NCBI GenBank assembly: GCA_016840095.1
Contig: JAEOSZ010000073.1
Coordinates: 1-36,256 of the forward strand
DNA length: 36,256 nucleotides
Source of the DNA: Candidatus Heimdallarchaeota archaeon
Lineage (GTDB): Archaea; Asgardarchaeota; Heimdallarchaeia; Heimdallarchaeales; Heimdallarchaeaceae
Reading direction: 5' to 3'
Positions 35,943 through 36,256 of the stretch are shown here, piece by piece; position 1 is the first letter of the stretch; each line of letters begins with the position of its first letter. Under the pieces are notes generated by a model that searched no databases, had not been told where the DNA came from, and worked only from the letters and a program-made list of their open reading frames with translations. The translations under genes were made by a program, and so were the position numbers.

Positions 35943-35988
35943 TTTTTATCAGAAATCAATGTACTCTGATATTATAAATACAATTCGG

Positions 35989-36013
35989 AAAAATAATAAA
36001 AATAGAAAGAAAA
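35989..36013 (-). terminator. Oligo-pyrimidine terminator
   Basis: Minus strand reads TTTTCTTTCTATTTTTATTATTTT after the stop codon at 36024. Confidence 0.45.
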
Positions 36014-36023
36014 TGAGGTAAAA

Positions 36024-36256
36024 TTAGAATGTAGCTTTAATTTCTTCATCTAACTTGTTAACTTTTTCTTCAAGACCTTCAACTAGTTTTTCAAGTTCTG
36101 CATACATTTTTTCAGCATATTCAGCGTCCTTGTTTTTAATCCAACCTAGATTGATTTCAACATTATGCATAGCAGATTTAAGACCAGTTAAAGCACAGAG
36201 AGCACCAACACCAATGTCAGAGAGAGCTTGTTTGTTACCTTTAGTTCCCATCTCAA
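36024..36256 (-). CDS. Formiminotetrahydrofolate cyclodeaminase/cyclohydrolase domain (FTCD C-terminal), 3' end only
   Basis: KGNKQALSDIGVGALCALTGLKSAMHNVEINLGWIK matches the GN.nA.SD.gV...a..NV.INL..Ik signature. Frame is open to the window edge. Confidence 0.88.
   Translation of the reverse strand, partial: EMGTKGNKQALSDIGVGALCALTGLKSAMHNVEINLGWIKNKDAEYAEKMYAELEKLVEGLEEKVNKLDEEIKATF

Noticed and set aside
1-36256. Mobile element, prophage, defence island or RNA genes
   Set aside because: No transposase, integrase, terminal repeats, nuclease/ATPase defence motifs or GC-rich structural-RNA segments were seen. Base composition looks uniform.

Overview
AT-rich, gene-dense archaeal chromosomal window with about 34 CDSs. 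I saw no rRNA, tRNA, CRISPR array or mobile element. The gene content suggests an Asgard archaeon, probably Heimdallarchaeia-like (inference): a TPR+longin-like protein, G-x-G-S-x-x-[DN]-P-Y beta-helix surface proteins, C-terminally anchored solute-binding proteins, long wHTH regulators, TATA/BRE promoters, AGGTG SD motifs and oligo-pyrimidine terminators. In order, the window holds: a partial GH2 hydrolase, a HEAT-repeat protein and a wHTH regulator, divergent from two paralogous MFS pumps; a beta-helix protein; stand-alone TrpB2; a membrane polyferredoxin/PadR divergon; three tandem family-5 solute-binding proteins; a rubredoxin missed by the ORF track; a TPR-longin-acidic-tail protein; an MFS transporter; an alpha/beta hydrolase; a YaaA/DUF6884-like protein; a stand-alone FrhB-like protein; an ion-transport cluster (ArsB/NhaD-like, CPA2, CBS, CPA2); a putative RHH/coiled-coil pair; Nudix; GNAT; and a partial cyclodeaminase. 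Most notable observations: (1) all three SBPs appear circularly permuted relative to OppA/DppA and have no adjacent permease or ATPase; (2) a five-box, 17-bp-phased TTYC-N5-GRAA operator array lies between the wHTH gene and the first MFS gene; (3) an unannotated 41-codon leader ORF with mutually exclusive hairpins precedes the second MFS gene; (4) the TPR-longin protein ends in a WASP-A-like DEEEDEEWFE tail.
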